Source: an uncultured Rivularia sp.
GTDB lineage: Bacteria > Cyanobacteriota > Cyanobacteriia > Cyanobacteriales > Nostocaceae
Reading direction: 5' to 3'
NCBI GenBank assembly: GCA_963665115.1
Contig: OY762007.1
Coordinates: 256,001-320,000, forward strand
Length of the DNA stretch: 64,000 nucleotides
Shown: positions 1 through 10,527 of the stretch, one piece after another
How positions within the stretch are numbered: the first letter of the stretch is position 1
Layout of the letters: every line of letters starts with the position of its first letter
Notes under the pieces: model-generated
Seen by the model: only the letters and a program-made list of their open reading frames with translations
Told to the model about the DNA's origin: nothing
Database searches by the model: none
Translations under genes and position numbers: made by a program

Positions 1-753
1 GTAGACTTACCGCTGATGAAAAAGCGCGAAGTTGGCACAGTTGGGTTGTTGGTAATTTCTGGCGATCGCGGTTTATGTGGTGGCTACAATACCAACGTCA
101 TCAAGCGTGCGGAAAATCGTGCCAAAGAATTACAGGCTGAAGGCTTAGATTACAAACTTGTATTAGTTGGACGTAAAGCCAGCCAGTATTTTCAACGTCG
201 CGAAGAACCGATTGAAAATTCATATATTGGCTTAGAACAAATCCCTACAGCTTCAGAAGCTTCTGACATTGCTGATGGATTGCTTTCCTTATTTTTATCG
301 GAAGGAGTAGACAGAATCGAATTGGTTTACACCAAATTCGTATCCTTGGTTAGTTCTCGTCCCGTAGTCCAAACCTTACTACCCTTAGATCCTAAAGGTT
401 TAGCAGCAGACGACGAATTCTTCCGTTTAACAAGTCGTGGTGGTGAATTTGAAGTTGAGAGAGAGAAAGTTACTACCGAAATGCGTGCTTTCCCTCGCGA
501 CATGATTTTTGAACAAGATCCGGTACAGATTCTGGATTCCTTGCTACCACTATATTTAAGCAACCAACTATTGCGAGCATTGCAAGAATCCGCAGCCAGC
601 GAACTAGCAGCGAGAATGACAGCAATGAGTAGTGCTAGCGATAACGCAGCCGAACTAATGAAGAGTCTTTCATTGTCCTACAACAAAGCACGACAAGCAG
701 CAATTACCCAAGAAATTTTAGAAGTTGTGGGTGGTGCCCAAGCGCTAGGGTAA
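1..753 (+). CDS. atpG: ATP synthase F1 gamma subunit, 3' part (cyanobacterial atpC); runs off window start
   Basis: [10 protein letters not shown] and [10 protein letters not shown]...[20 protein letters not shown] motifs; frame open from position 1. Confidence 0.97.
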   Translation, partial: VDLPLMKKREVGTVGLLVISGDRGLCGGYNTNVIKRAENRAKELQAEGLDYKLVLVGRKASQYFQRREEPIENSYIGLEQIPTASEASDIADGLLSLFLSEGVDRIELVYTKFVSLVSSRPVVQTLLPLDPKGLAADDEFFRLTSRGGEFEVEREKVTTEMRAFPRDMIFEQDPVQILDSLLPLYLSNQLLRALQESAASELAARMTAMSSASDNAAELMKSLSLSYNKARQAAITQEILEVVGGAQALG

Positions 754-987
754 AGAGAATTAGGATTTATGAGTTAGGAGTTAGGAGTTGGAAGTTGAGA
801 GTTTTTAATAGCTAATTGTTGATTTTATTTGAATTAACAGTTAGCTATGAAGGTTTATCGAGTTTCAAATTCAATTTATGCAGTGCGGACACGCTGCGCC
901 AACGCACTACATAATTCAAAATCCAAAATCTAAAATCCTTTGTGGCAATTTTCAAAAAGCTGCACTATAATAAAATATGAAGCACAT

Positions 988-1365
988 GGGGCTTTAATGG
1001 TTTCGACGTGGTGGTGAAAGCTACTCGTTGATACAGGTCGAGAGAGAGTCAAATCTCGTAAATAAAGGCTCAAAACAAATAATAACTGCAAACAACATTG
1101 TAGCATTCAAGCGTCAAGCAGTAGCTGCTTAAACTTTTTTCGTACGCTTCTCTCTAGTTTGACTCCGTTAAGGATTAGAGAGCAACCCCCAACGGATGCT
1201 CTAACAAGTTCCCTTTGGTGGACTTATTAGAAAAGACTTTACCAAAGCATCCCACCGTTCGGGATAATGAACGGTCCCTGCCTTAAGGGTTAACGAGGCT
1301 AAGCCTGTGAACGATGCGGGGGTAAATACCCATTGCGGACATGGGTTCAATTCCCATAAGCTCCA
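988..1365 (+). ncRNA. ssrA: tmRNA (SsrA); tag peptide ANNIVAFKRQAVAA* at 1088-1132; CCA not encoded
   Basis: 5' GGGGCTT pairs with 3' AAGCTCC(A), including G3:U70; T-arm ATGGG-TTCAATT-CCCAT; cyanobacterial-type tag ORF; TATAAT at 966-971. Confidence 0.95.
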
Positions 1366-1474
1366 TAATATTTTCTAATATATTTGAAACACATTTATCA
1401 AGTAAATTTATATCTTGATAGATGTGTTTTTTTATGAGAATTTAGATTCACTTTTAAATAATAAGAATGTAAGA

Positions 1475-2452
1475 ATGGCTGTATCAAGAATAACTGTAAA
1501 TTGTAGTAACCCAGTTTGTAAAAAAGAATTTAATAAACCATTAGCAGAGTTTAAAAGAAATCAAAGATTGGGAAGACTTAACTTCTGTTCTAAATCATGC
1601 TTTGGAAAATTTAAAGGGTTAGCAAATTTTGGGGATAAAGCGAATAAAGATACATCTTATTTGAGAGACATAATAAGAAGAGATGAGTATTCACCCTTCC
1701 GAAATCATCTGAAAGTGATGAGAAAATCCGCTAAACATAGAAAGCACGAATGTTCTGTCACATTACCAAACTTGAAACAATTATGGGAGAAGCAAAAAGG
1801 AATTTGTCCTTACACTGGTTGGAATTTACTTTTATTGCCCAGCACTACAGATTATCAAAATGCAAAATTAACAATAGACAGAGCAAGTGTTGACCGAATC
1901 GATTCTTCTTTGGGTTACACTCCTGACAATATACAGTTTGTTGCTGTAATTGCCAACTTTGCGAAAAATATTTTTACCGAACAAGATTTAATTACATTCT
2001 GTCACGACGTTTATATATATAGAATTTTAGGTGAAAATAACTCGATAGATATAGATGATACAGCTTTAAGGATTTCTGAAAGTGTATTAGGGAATAGTAG
2101 AAGAGACAAATATTCTCCTTTCCGTCAGCATCTCAAACTTGCAAGGAGAAGGGTAAAAAGTAATGGACGAGAATGTAATATTACTCTGGAGTATCTAAAA
2201 CAACTTTGGGAAAAACAGGATGGTAGGTGTCCATATACAGGATGGAAACTAGACAATCTTCAGACAACTAGTGAGTGGAATAGTAATGTATTGCATCCAA
2301 AGACAGCGAGTTTAGATAGGATAGATTCTTGCAAGGGTTATGTTTTTGGTAACGTGCAGTTTGTCAGCGTGATGGCTAATTATGCGAAGAGAGATTTTTT
2401 AGAAACGGAATTGTTGAGGTTTTGTGAAGCGGTTAAATCACCTGCAGCCTAG
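1475..2452 (+). CDS. Putative His-Me-finger (HNH/EndoVII-like) endonuclease with N-terminal Cys cluster and two tandem nuclease-like domains
   Basis: Internal duplication YSPFR..L...LKQLWEKQ.G.CPYTGW...S(V/L)DRIDS..GY...N(I/V)QFV.V.AN.AK; N-terminal CSNPVC...FCSKSC; ATG 1475 preferred over TTG 1415. Confidence 0.7.
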   Translation: MAVSRITVNCSNPVCKKEFNKPLAEFKRNQRLGRLNFCSKSCFGKFKGLANFGDKANKDTSYLRDIIRRDEYSPFRNHLKVMRKSAKHRKHECSVTLPNLKQLWEKQKGICPYTGWNLLLLPSTTDYQNAKLTIDRASVDRIDSSLGYTPDNIQFVAVIANFAKNIFTEQDLITFCHDVYIYRILGENNSIDIDDTALRISESVLGNSRRDKYSPFRQHLKLARRRVKSNGRECNITLEYLKQLWEKQDGRCPYTGWKLDNLQTTSEWNSNVLHPKTASLDRIDSCKGYVFGNVQFVSVMANYAKRDFLETELLRFCEAVKSPAA

Positions 2453-2494
2453 AAGGCTAGGGCTACAGTTACGAAGCCCACCTACGTGGGCTAA
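2443..2494. repeat. Half copy of a REP/MITE-like palindromic element (related copies 48970-49090, 57660-57715, ~38835-38885)
   Basis: GCAGCCTAGAAGGCT(A/G)GGGCTA...AAGCC(C/T)ACC..CGT(G/A)GGCTAA shared with 48970. Confidence 0.65.
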
Positions 2495-2861
2495 ATTAAG
2501 CGCTACTCTAAGAGCCATTATCAGTACAACGCGAATCAACTTACCTGTCAATGATTCTTCTAGAGCAATTGCCCGATCAATTTGAGTTGTCATTCTAGAC
2601 CTATCAATAATTATTCAGATTTTATCATCTGGTAGCTGATGTAATTACTATGAATGAATAATTTCGGATCAAAAAACAATGATTGCCAGTGAAAGACTAG
2701 TGCTGTCTTTAGCGTACTACTTAACATATTTATTACTCAATTATGCTTCCTCAAAACATATTTTCGTGAAATAATCTGTATTACAAGGTACATTTTTAGA
2801 TGCGCTTACCCTGGTAGTTATTACAGATTTTCATCATCTATATAGAAAGGATTAATTAATA

Positions 2862-3365
2862 TCAATCAACTTCAGTTACTAATAGTTGCCATTCACTTAC
2901 AACGGCTTTGGGAATTTCTAAAATCTTCTTTGTTGTACCTAATAATGGTAAATTTAATTTTAAAGATTCAACTGTGGTTAATTTCGGTAAGACATCAGTT
3001 AAGCTGTATTCTCCAACATTTGCAGCAGGCGATGAAGTAGCGTAAACGTCAGATGCATTGATTAACTTACCTGATTTAGTTACGATTTCTAAAGAATGGG
3101 GATGAGAAAATTCAAATATACCGGGAAAGCCAACTATTCTTAAATTTAATTCTTGTTTTACACCGGGATTAATCTTTTTAAACAGCAATACCTGCCAATT
3201 ATATTCTTGTTTATCTTTAATAGATACCTGGGAATGATAGCGTAAAACTCCCGGTGCATCGTGATGTTGCCGCAGCATTGCTGTGGATTCTTGGGTAGTG
3301 AATACGATTGCAATTGATACTAAGATTAAGATTATGAAACAGCGGTTTAGTAATTTCGTAAACAT
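2862..3365 (-). CDS. DUF3122-like exported protein
   Basis: Signal peptide, then LRQHHDAPG...WQVLLFK...LRIVGFPG...PAANVGEY; ATG 3365 preferred. Confidence 0.7.
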   Translation of the reverse strand: MFTKLLNRCFIILILVSIAIVFTTQESTAMLRQHHDAPGVLRYHSQVSIKDKQEYNWQVLLFKKINPGVKQELNLRIVGFPGIFEFSHPHSLEIVTKSGKLINASDVYATSSPAANVGEYSLTDVLPKLTTVESLKLNLPLLGTTKKILEIPKAVVSEWQLLVTEVD

Positions 3366-3715
3366 TAGTTTGGTTTGGGAAACAGAGAGAGGGTAGAGGG
3401 ATTCTTTAAGTAGTGAGTAACGAGTAGCGAGAGCAATTAAGGAATGGATAGTTGAGCAGCCCGGTTGATAATAAGAAACGATAATTGTTAGTTTACTCAC
3501 TACTCACTACTCACTACTTTCTACTCACTACTCCCAATGCCCAATCCCCCATGCCCAAACATATTGTAAAACTTTTGATAAGATATGCGATTTTTCCGCG
3601 ATTTGCTCTTGGCACTTTGTACGAAAGCGAATAAACTGAAGTAATCAGTACAGATGTTCTGCCGATGTGGAGTGTCAAACAAGACGGTTTATCGCCAATT
3701 CGGGATAGGGGTGTT

Positions 3716-5338
3716 ATGAATAATTCTCATGATAAAGCAGATGATAGTAAGGATATTCCTAATTTTGAACTTGTTGAGCAAATAGATTTGATGATTCGAG
3801 CGCGGTATCCTCTACTATATATGGTTGCCGTGGAAGAAGAGCCTTTAGAAGAGGTTTTGTTTAAAGTTGCTGCGCTTTCTCAACCACCGCGTCAGGTGTT
3901 GTATTGGGATATTGTGCGTGGTTGGAGCGATAACGGTGCGGATAAAGGCTCTGTAATGGCACCTCTGGCTCGGATTGGTAAAGCTGATGCCCAAAAATCG
4001 GTTATTTTCGTGTTGCGGGATTTGCACCCATACGTCAAAAATCTGACTACGGAAAGAAGTGCGCCGATTGTGCGGGAGTTGCGAAATTTAGCCAGGGAAT
4101 TGAAGCGCAGTCGTAAGTCTATTATTCTTACCAGCCATACTTTGGAAGTACCTGAAGAGTTGAAAGAGGAAGCTACGGTTGTTGATTTCCCTTTACCCGA
4201 TGTACCTCAAATTAACTATTTAGTTGAACAGTTGGTGGTACCGGAAAAGCTGAAATTAGCAGGTTTGGCGCGGGAGCAGTTGGTAAAAGCCTGTCAGGGA
4301 TTAAGTCGAACCCGGATTCAGCGAGTTTTGGCGAAAGCTTTGGCAGCGAAACAGCAGGTTAATGAGTCTGATATCAGCGGTGTTTTGGCAGAGAAAAAGC
4401 AAACTATTCGTCAAACCGGGATTTTAGAATTTTTTACACCTTCCGAATCCTTGAAACGAGTCGGAGGATTAGATCAACTTAAACAATGGGTGCAGTTGCG
4501 TCAAGATGCTTTCACCGAAGAAGCCAGACGTTACGGTATACCCAATCCCAAAGGAGCATTGCTCGTTGGAATTCAAGGTACGGGTAAATCTTTGAGTGCA
4601 AAAACCATTGCTCACGAATGGCGTTTACCGTTATTGCGACTTGATACAGGGCGCTTGTTTGGCGGAATCGTCGGCGAAAGTGAAAGCCGCGTGCGCCAAA
4701 TGATTCAGCTTACCGAAGCAATGGCACCATGCGTGTTGTGGATAGATGAAATAGACAAAGCATTCGGAAATATTAGTAGCGGTGTTGATGGAGATTCGGG
4801 AACATCGCGACGGGTATTTGGTAGCTTGATTACCTGGATGCAGGAGAAAACTAGTCCGGTATTTATTGTTGCCACGGCGAATAACGTGCAAATATTGCCA
4901 GCAGAATTGTTAAGGAAGGGAAGATTCGACGAAATATTCTTTTTAAACTTGCCCACCGAAGCCGAAAGACAAGACATTTTCAAAGTTCATATTCAGAAAT
5001 TACGTCCCAACCGAGTGCGAGATTTTGATTTAATTTTATTAGCTAGTAGAACAGAAAATTTCAGTGGAGCAGAAATAGAGCAAGTAATAATTGAAGCAAT
5101 GCACAATGCTTTTTCTAGTAAACTTGACGGGCAGCGTCGCGACTTTATCACCGAAGATATACTTAAAGCAATAGAAGTTACAGTTCCTTTGGCTTCCATA
5201 GCTAAAGAACAAATTGATGCATTAAAACAATGGGCAGCTCAAGCAGGTGCAAGGAGTGCTTCTAATGACGTGCAGTTAGTAGAAGAATTGAAACAGTATA
5301 GCTCCGGGAATGGGATATCGCCGTTGGAAGTCGATTGA
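3716..5338 (+). CDS. ycf46: Ycf46-family AAA+ ATPase
   Basis: IRARYPLLY N-domain, Walker A GIQGTGKS, Walker B LWIDEIDK, LLRKGRFDE; start 3716 or 3665. Confidence 0.85.
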   Translation: MNNSHDKADDSKDIPNFELVEQIDLMIRARYPLLYMVAVEEEPLEEVLFKVAALSQPPRQVLYWDIVRGWSDNGADKGSVMAPLARIGKADAQKSVIFVLRDLHPYVKNLTTERSAPIVRELRNLARELKRSRKSIILTSHTLEVPEELKEEATVVDFPLPDVPQINYLVEQLVVPEKLKLAGLAREQLVKACQGLSRTRIQRVLAKALAAKQQVNESDISGVLAEKKQTIRQTGILEFFTPSESLKRVGGLDQLKQWVQLRQDAFTEEARRYGIPNPKGALLVGIQGTGKSLSAKTIAHEWRLPLLRLDTGRLFGGIVGESESRVRQMIQLTEAMAPCVLWIDEIDKAFGNISSGVDGDSGTSRRVFGSLITWMQEKTSPVFIVATANNVQILPAELLRKGRFDEIFFLNLPTEAERQDIFKVHIQKLRPNRVRDFDLILLASRTENFSGAEIEQVIIEAMHNAFSSKLDGQRRDFITEDILKAIEVTVPLASIAKEQIDALKQWAAQAGARSASNDVQLVEELKQYSSGNGISPLEVD

Positions 5339-5492
5339 AGAGAGAGGGGGAAGAGGGGGAAGAGGGGGGATGGGGAGATAGGGAGATGGGGAGAAATAGC
5401 GAGCAAGATGCTCGCACTACATAAATAAGATTAATATTTCTAATTCCCAATGTCCAATTACCAATTACCAATTACCAATTACCAAATTAATC

Positions 5493-5867
5493 ATGTCACA
5501 TTTTACAAGTATCAAGGTTCAAATTAAGCACGGTGAAATTTTGCATCAGGTGTTGCAAGAATTAGGCTATCAAGTTGAATGCAATACTCAAGTAAGAGGA
5601 TATCATGGCGATCGCACTCAAGCTGAATATGTAATTCGGCAAAATAATGGTTACGATTTGGGTTTTCGTCGTCAAGGTGAAAATTATGAAATCGTAGCTG
5701 ACTTTTGGGGTGCGAAGATTAATCAAAAGCAATTTGTAAATTCAATTACTCAAAAGTATGCTCATAAAACTCTGATGAATACTGTTGCGGAACAGGGTTT
5801 TAATGTTGAGGAAGAGGAAGTTTTATCAGATGGTACCGTGAGGGTTGTTGTGGGGAGTTGGGTTTAG
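5493..5867 (+). CDS. DUF1257 (Ycf35-like) protein
   Basis: MSHFTSIK...YDLGF...YEIVADFW...DGTVRVVV. Confidence 0.85.
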   Translation: MSHFTSIKVQIKHGEILHQVLQELGYQVECNTQVRGYHGDRTQAEYVIRQNNGYDLGFRRQGENYEIVADFWGAKINQKQFVNSITQKYAHKTLMNTVAEQGFNVEEEEVLSDGTVRVVVGSWV

Positions 5868-5922
5868 TTCGTAGTTGCGCTTTAGCGCCAAAAATGTAGA
5901 GCGCTGAAGCGCTACTACGAAC
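5868..5922. repeat. Inverted GTAG-REP doublet between the DUF1257 paralogs
   Basis: TTCGTAGTTGCGCTTTAGCGC...GCGCTGAAGCGCTACTACGAA. Confidence 0.6.
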
Positions 5923-5940
5923 CAATTATCAATCAAAATC

Positions 5941-6348
5941 ATGTCACATTTTACAAGTATAAAAACTCAAATAAAAGATAGAGACGCATTAGTTAAAGCT
6001 TTGGCTGATGTGGGTTTAAAAAATATTGAAGTTCACGAAACCGCAGAAAGTTTATATGGCTATCAAGGTGATATGCGAGCGGAAACTGCTGAGGTGATTA
6101 TTCGACGTAAATATGTTGGATCTTCTAGTAATGATATTGGTTTTAAATTACAGGATGATGGGCAGTTTCAAGCGATTATATCTGAATATGACCGTCATCG
6201 ATACAATCAACAATGGTTGGGTAAGGTGATGCAGCGTTACGGGTATTATACTTTGATGGCTTCGGCTGAGGAGCAGGGGTTTGCGGTGGAGGAAGATGAG
6301 GTGATGGAGGATGGTACGGTTAGGGTTGTTGTGGCGAGGTGGGCTTAG
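5941..6348 (+). CDS. DUF1257 (Ycf35-like) protein, second paralog
   Basis: MSHFTSIK...LYGYQGD...SNDIGF...IISEYD...DGTVRVVV. Confidence 0.85.
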   Translation: MSHFTSIKTQIKDRDALVKALADVGLKNIEVHETAESLYGYQGDMRAETAEVIIRRKYVGSSSNDIGFKLQDDGQFQAIISEYDRHRYNQQWLGKVMQRYGYYTLMASAEEQGFAVEEDEVMEDGTVRVVVARWA

Positions 6349-6375
6349 GGGATTTTGGGTTGGGGAAATATTTTT

Positions 6376-7579
6376 TTACTCGGCTAATCCCCAAACTTTG
6401 ACTGTTTGATCGCTACTTCCGCTGAACAAATATTTTCCATCTGGGACTTAAGACGATTGAGTTAACTTCTGCTGAATGTCCTGTTAATGTAGCTTGAAGT
6501 TTTCCAGTTCTCCAATTCCAAACTTTGATTGTTGTATCGTTACTAGCGCTGATTAAAGTTTTACCATCTGGGCTAATTGCAAGGGAGTTAACTCCTAAAG
6601 AATGTCCTTCTAAAGTTCGTATTAGTTCTCCTTTCTGCCAATTCCAGATTTTAATTGTATAGTCTCCGCTACCGCTGAATAAGGTTTTTCCGTCTGGAGT
6701 TAGACATAAAGCTTTTATCCAAAATGAATGTCCTTCTAAAGTACGTATTAATTTTTTCTGTGCTTGCCAATCCCAAATTTTGATTGTATAGTCTCCGCTA
6801 CTACTAAATAAAGTTTTTCCGTATACAGTTAAGGAAAATATAGGTTTCGTATGTCCTCGTAAAAGACATTTACGCTTATGATGAGATATATCCCATGCTT
6901 TTATGGTACCTTTTTCATTACCAATAAATAGAATATCACCACTCTTATTAATTGTTAAAGAATGATGCAATCCACTATCATTACGATTTAAAATGTGTTG
7001 AGAATATGGTTCTTTCCAGCTTAATTCTAAAATCAAACCGTTTCTACTGCGAATAAAAACAGTTTCTCTCCGTTGGTTAATACACACAAAGTTAATTGCT
7101 TCGCTATCGTAAGATAAAAAATCCTCGTCATTCATAAAAAGTTTTTTAAATTGCTTTTTCCGCCATTCCCAAATAATAAGGCTGTCTTCACCACCGCTAA
7201 TAACAGTACCGTCGGGAGATATACAAACCGAATTAATTCTAGATTCATGTTCTTCAAGCGTTGAAGTACAATCAAAAATTTGATATTTACTATATTTTTC
7301 TAATTTCTGTACAATTCGCGTTTCCTCTCTTTCTTTCAATATTGAATATGCTATTTTTTTAACCTCTTGTTCATTATCTAGTAAAGCTTTGATTATTAAA
7401 TCTAAACCAGCTTCACTATAATTCAATGCTTGATATAATCCTGCAATTCGTGCTTTCACATCAGGATTCTGTAAGCTTCGTTTAACACCTTCAATTCCTC
7501 CCAAAACTGCACCATCAATAGGAGCTTGATTTCCACCACCAAGCACCACATCGTATTCTCTGGGTTGATTGTCTGACAT
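6376..7579 (-). CDS. WD40-repeat protein with shared N-terminal VLGG/HEAT-like module; +1 frameshift near 6443
   Basis: GH...SPDGK.L.S.S.D.TIKIW repeats; removing one base gives SPDGKYLFSGSSDQTVKVWGLAE* ending at 6376. Confidence 0.85.
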
Positions 7580-7605
7580 TGCATTTTTACCACTTCAATA
7601 TTATT

Positions 7606-7614
7606 AGTATTCCC
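7606..7614 (-). promoter_or_regulatory. SigJ-type (J-box) GGGAATACT promoter element
   Basis: Exact GGGAATACT 26 nt upstream of ATG 7579; variants at the same distance upstream of two paralogs. Confidence 0.55.
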
Positions 7615-7690
7615 AGTTGTGGAAGGAAGTATTACATTTTATAGGTAAATATTTAAATATATATAACCTCACCCTCAATCCCTCTCCTTG

Positions 7691-8314
7691 TTAAGGAGAG
7701 GGAAGTAATTCTAATTGAATTTCGCATTGTTTAAATATAAAATTGAGCGCTGCAAATAATTTGTTTAAGTCAGATATGGTATAAATATTGATTTCTTTGG
7801 TAAATAAATTATCTGTTAACTTACCAAACTGCCAAACTTGCCCATTAGATACAATACCAAAGACTGATTGTTGCTTTAACGAATCATTTATCTTCTGAAT
7901 CGCTACCATTTCCGATAAACATTGACCCCAACCTTTGATAAAATCATCTTTTTTAGCTTCTACAGCAACAAAAAAAGGTTTGTCAAATACTTCTTTTCCT
8001 AAAGCAGATTTTTTAGCTAATAGATAATCAGGTATTCCCGATAATTTTTCATCGTAAACGAGTGCTTTGTGACTCCATAAAGTGAATTTATCTCGGTAAC
8101 TGCGATAGAGTTCTTTTAAAACGGGAAAAATTATTGCTTCACAAATCGCGTATTCGGATTCGTTATAGTTAAATTCTCTTAATGAGAACATTAATTCTTC
8201 TTGAAAGCTTTCTCTAATTATAAATTCTGTTTCGATGATGAAGTTTTCTTCGGTAGAACTGATATTGTATTCTTTTAAAACTTCGCCGATGTTTTTGTAG
8301 GAATCAAAGGACAT
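7691..8314 (-). CDS. PD-(D/E)XK-fold hypothetical nuclease-like protein
   Basis: LSGIPDY...VAVEAKK...GWGQCL.EM...GIVSNGQVWQFG; 3' end overlaps a CCTCACCC...GGAGAGGG repeat (7667-7703). Confidence 0.6.
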   Translation of the reverse strand: MSFDSYKNIGEVLKEYNISSTEENFIIETEFIIRESFQEELMFSLREFNYNESEYAICEAIIFPVLKELYRSYRDKFTLWSHKALVYDEKLSGIPDYLLAKKSALGKEVFDKPFFVAVEAKKDDFIKGWGQCLSEMVAIQKINDSLKQQSVFGIVSNGQVWQFGKLTDNLFTKEINIYTISDLNKLFAALNFIFKQCEIQLELLPSP

Positions 8315-8391
8315 TGCGATTTCTATGATGAATTCTTTGATATTATAATTTTAACTGTAATTTATTTAAATAAATTTTGGAATGACTGTAT

Positions 8392-8640
8392 ATGTACAAC
8401 GTAGAAATACCTGACAACCAAGCAGACTTTGCAAAATTACTCCAGCGTGTATTATCCGGGGAAGAAGTAGTAATATCCCAAGACGGTAATCCGATTGCAA
8501 GAGTAGTTCCAATTGCTGATAAATCATTACCACGAATTCCTGGTTTAGATAAAGGTAAAGTGGTGATTGCTTCGGATTTTGATGCTCCTTTACCTGATGA
8601 TATTTTAAATAGTTTTACTAATCCTGTTGATAATTTGTAA
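8392..8640 (+). CDS. Phd/YefM-family antitoxin
   Basis: LLQRV..GEEVVI...G.PIARVVP...R.PG...DFDAPLP; overlaps toxin start. Confidence 0.85.
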   Translation: MYNVEIPDNQADFAKLLQRVLSGEEVVISQDGNPIARVVPIADKSLPRIPGLDKGKVVIASDFDAPLPDDILNSFTNPVDNL

Positions 8641-9026
8641 TGAAAGCTTTACTTGATACTCATGCTTTTTTATGGTGGGTTACAGAAGATTCTCGGCTTT
8701 CATCTACAGCTAGAAATATAATTACTGATTCTAATAATCAGCTATTTTTAAGTACAGCAAGCGCATGGGAAATTGTAATTAAAGCACGATTAGGTAAATT
8801 AACTTTACCAGAACCACCTGAGATTTACATTCCAAATCGTTTAACGGTAAATAGATTTGAAAGTTTATCAATTCACTTGATTCATGCTTTACAAGTTGTG
8901 AATTTACCAGATTTACACAAAGATCCTTTTGATAGAATTATAATAGCTCAAAGTCAAGTTGAGAAAATGCCGATTTTAACTTCAGATAGTCAAATTAAAC
9001 GGTATTCTGTTGATATTATTTGGTAA
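8640..9026 (+). CDS. vapC: VapC-family PIN toxin
   Basis: LLDTHAFLW...SAWEI...HKDPFDRIIIAQ...LTSD. Confidence 0.9.
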   Translation: MKALLDTHAFLWWVTEDSRLSSTARNIITDSNNQLFLSTASAWEIVIKARLGKLTLPEPPEIYIPNRLTVNRFESLSIHLIHALQVVNLPDLHKDPFDRIIIAQSQVEKMPILTSDSQIKRYSVDIIW

Positions 9027-9048
9027 TTATGTGCTTATTTTTCTACTT

Positions 9049-10248
9049 TCAACCCCAGATTTTAACTGTTTTATCTCTACTACAACTAACAAGAGTTTTA
9101 CCATCGGGACTAATTGCTATACTGTAAACCCAATCTGTATGTCCTTCAAGGATACGGATACATTCTCCTGTATGTAAATCCCATATTCTAATTGTTTCGT
9201 CTCTACCACAACTGACAATTGTACTTCCATCAGGGCTGATAGCTACACAATAAACTAAGTCTTTATGTCCTTCTAATGTAAATTGAAGTTTTTTCGTTTC
9301 TAAATTCCAAATTTTTATTGTTTTATCTTTACTACCGCTAACAATTGTCTTATTATCTGGACTGACAGCTACTGATTCAACACCTTTTGAATGTTTCGTA
9401 TTTTTAAAAGTATGTATTAATTCTCCTGTTTCTACATTCCAAGCTTTGACATTTTTATCGTTAGCACCACTGATGATAGTTTTTCCATCTGGACTAATTG
9501 CTAATGCTTGAACCAAATAACTAGAATGTCCGGGAAAAGTATTAATCTGTTCTCCTGTTTTCAAATCCCAGACATGAATTCCAACATTTTGATAAATATG
9601 TTCAGCACCACAGAAAAGTTTATTTCCATTAGAACTAATTGCTAAGGAAAATACTTGATATGAACGTTCTTCTAAGGTCAACAAGCATTCCTTTGTTTTC
9701 AAATCCCATATTTTAATCATATTATCGCGGTCATAAGTACCACCTCTAGTAATAATATTTTTGTCATCAGGGGTAATTAAAATAGTTCTCGGGTATTTAT
9801 GATTTATAGAAGTTGCTTCAACTTTTCCCGTACATAAATCGTATATATTTATAGAGTTTGAACCATCAAAAAACACTTTTCCATTTGAATCAATAGCAAT
9901 ACACCTACTGTTAACATTTGGTAAAGTATGAATACATTCCATCTTTAACCAAGGATTATATTCTTCCAAGGCTTGTTTTACTTTCGCTTCTTCCCTCTCA
10001 CGTAATAGCGAATAAGCAGCAAAACTTACTTTTCCAAGCTCTTTCTGCCAAACTTGAATCACAAACTCTAAACCCACATCTCCATAATTCAACGCTTCTG
10101 AAAGTGCAACAATCTTCTGTTGAATATTCGCTGTTTCCCAACGTCTTTTAACACCTTCAATTCCCCCTAAAACAACACCATCAACAGGAGCTTGATTTCC
10201 ACCACCAAGCACCACATCATATTCTCTAGGTTGATTCTCCGACATCAC
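9049..10248 (-). CDS. WD40-repeat protein with shared N-terminal VLGG/HEAT-like module
   Basis: Multiple GH...AISPDG...S.S.DKT.KIW repeats; N-terminus QPREYDVVLGGGNQAPVDGVVLGGIEGVKRR. Confidence 0.88.
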   Translation of the reverse strand: MMSENQPREYDVVLGGGNQAPVDGVVLGGIEGVKRRWETANIQQKIVALSEALNYGDVGLEFVIQVWQKELGKVSFAAYSLLREREEAKVKQALEEYNPWLKMECIHTLPNVNSRCIAIDSNGKVFFDGSNSINIYDLCTGKVEATSINHKYPRTILITPDDKNIITRGGTYDRDNMIKIWDLKTKECLLTLEERSYQVFSLAISSNGNKLFCGAEHIYQNVGIHVWDLKTGEQINTFPGHSSYLVQALAISPDGKTIISGANDKNVKAWNVETGELIHTFKNTKHSKGVESVAVSPDNKTIVSGSKDKTIKIWNLETKKLQFTLEGHKDLVYCVAISPDGSTIVSCGRDETIRIWDLHTGECIRILEGHTDWVYSIAISPDGKTLVSCSRDKTVKIWG

Positions 10249-10395
10249 AATTACCTCTCTAAAATCTCTTTCCTCTGCGCTCTCCGCACGCCACTTGCTA
10301 CAAGTCGGGAAACCCGCCCAATGCAGTGGCTTGTCTCTGCGGTTTAATAATTCAATCAGTTAAAACAATTACAAACCTCTTAACTGCGTTCACAT

Positions 10396-10449
10396 CCACC
10401 TGGGGTTGCAAACCCCAGGCTAATAGCGAAAGTCCTATAAATAGGACTA
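10396..10449. repeat. Half copy of the ~125-bp REPIN/MITE found at 21346 and 22784
   Basis: CCTGGGGTTGCAAACCCCAGGCTAATAGCGAAAGTCCTATAAATAGGACT. Confidence 0.7.
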
Positions 10450-10527
10450 GGATTTTCACGCTTATAATTTAGTAATTTATTTTCAAAATTTTATTTATAT
10501 TCTAAGTATTTATACTAAAAATTCAAA

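Noticed and set aside
988..2500. Prophage or integrative island at tmRNA
   Set aside because: No integrase, phage genes or duplicated ssrA 3' end noticed
2495..2700. Possible degraded small gene on the minus strand
   Set aside because: Interrupted by stops, no confident family
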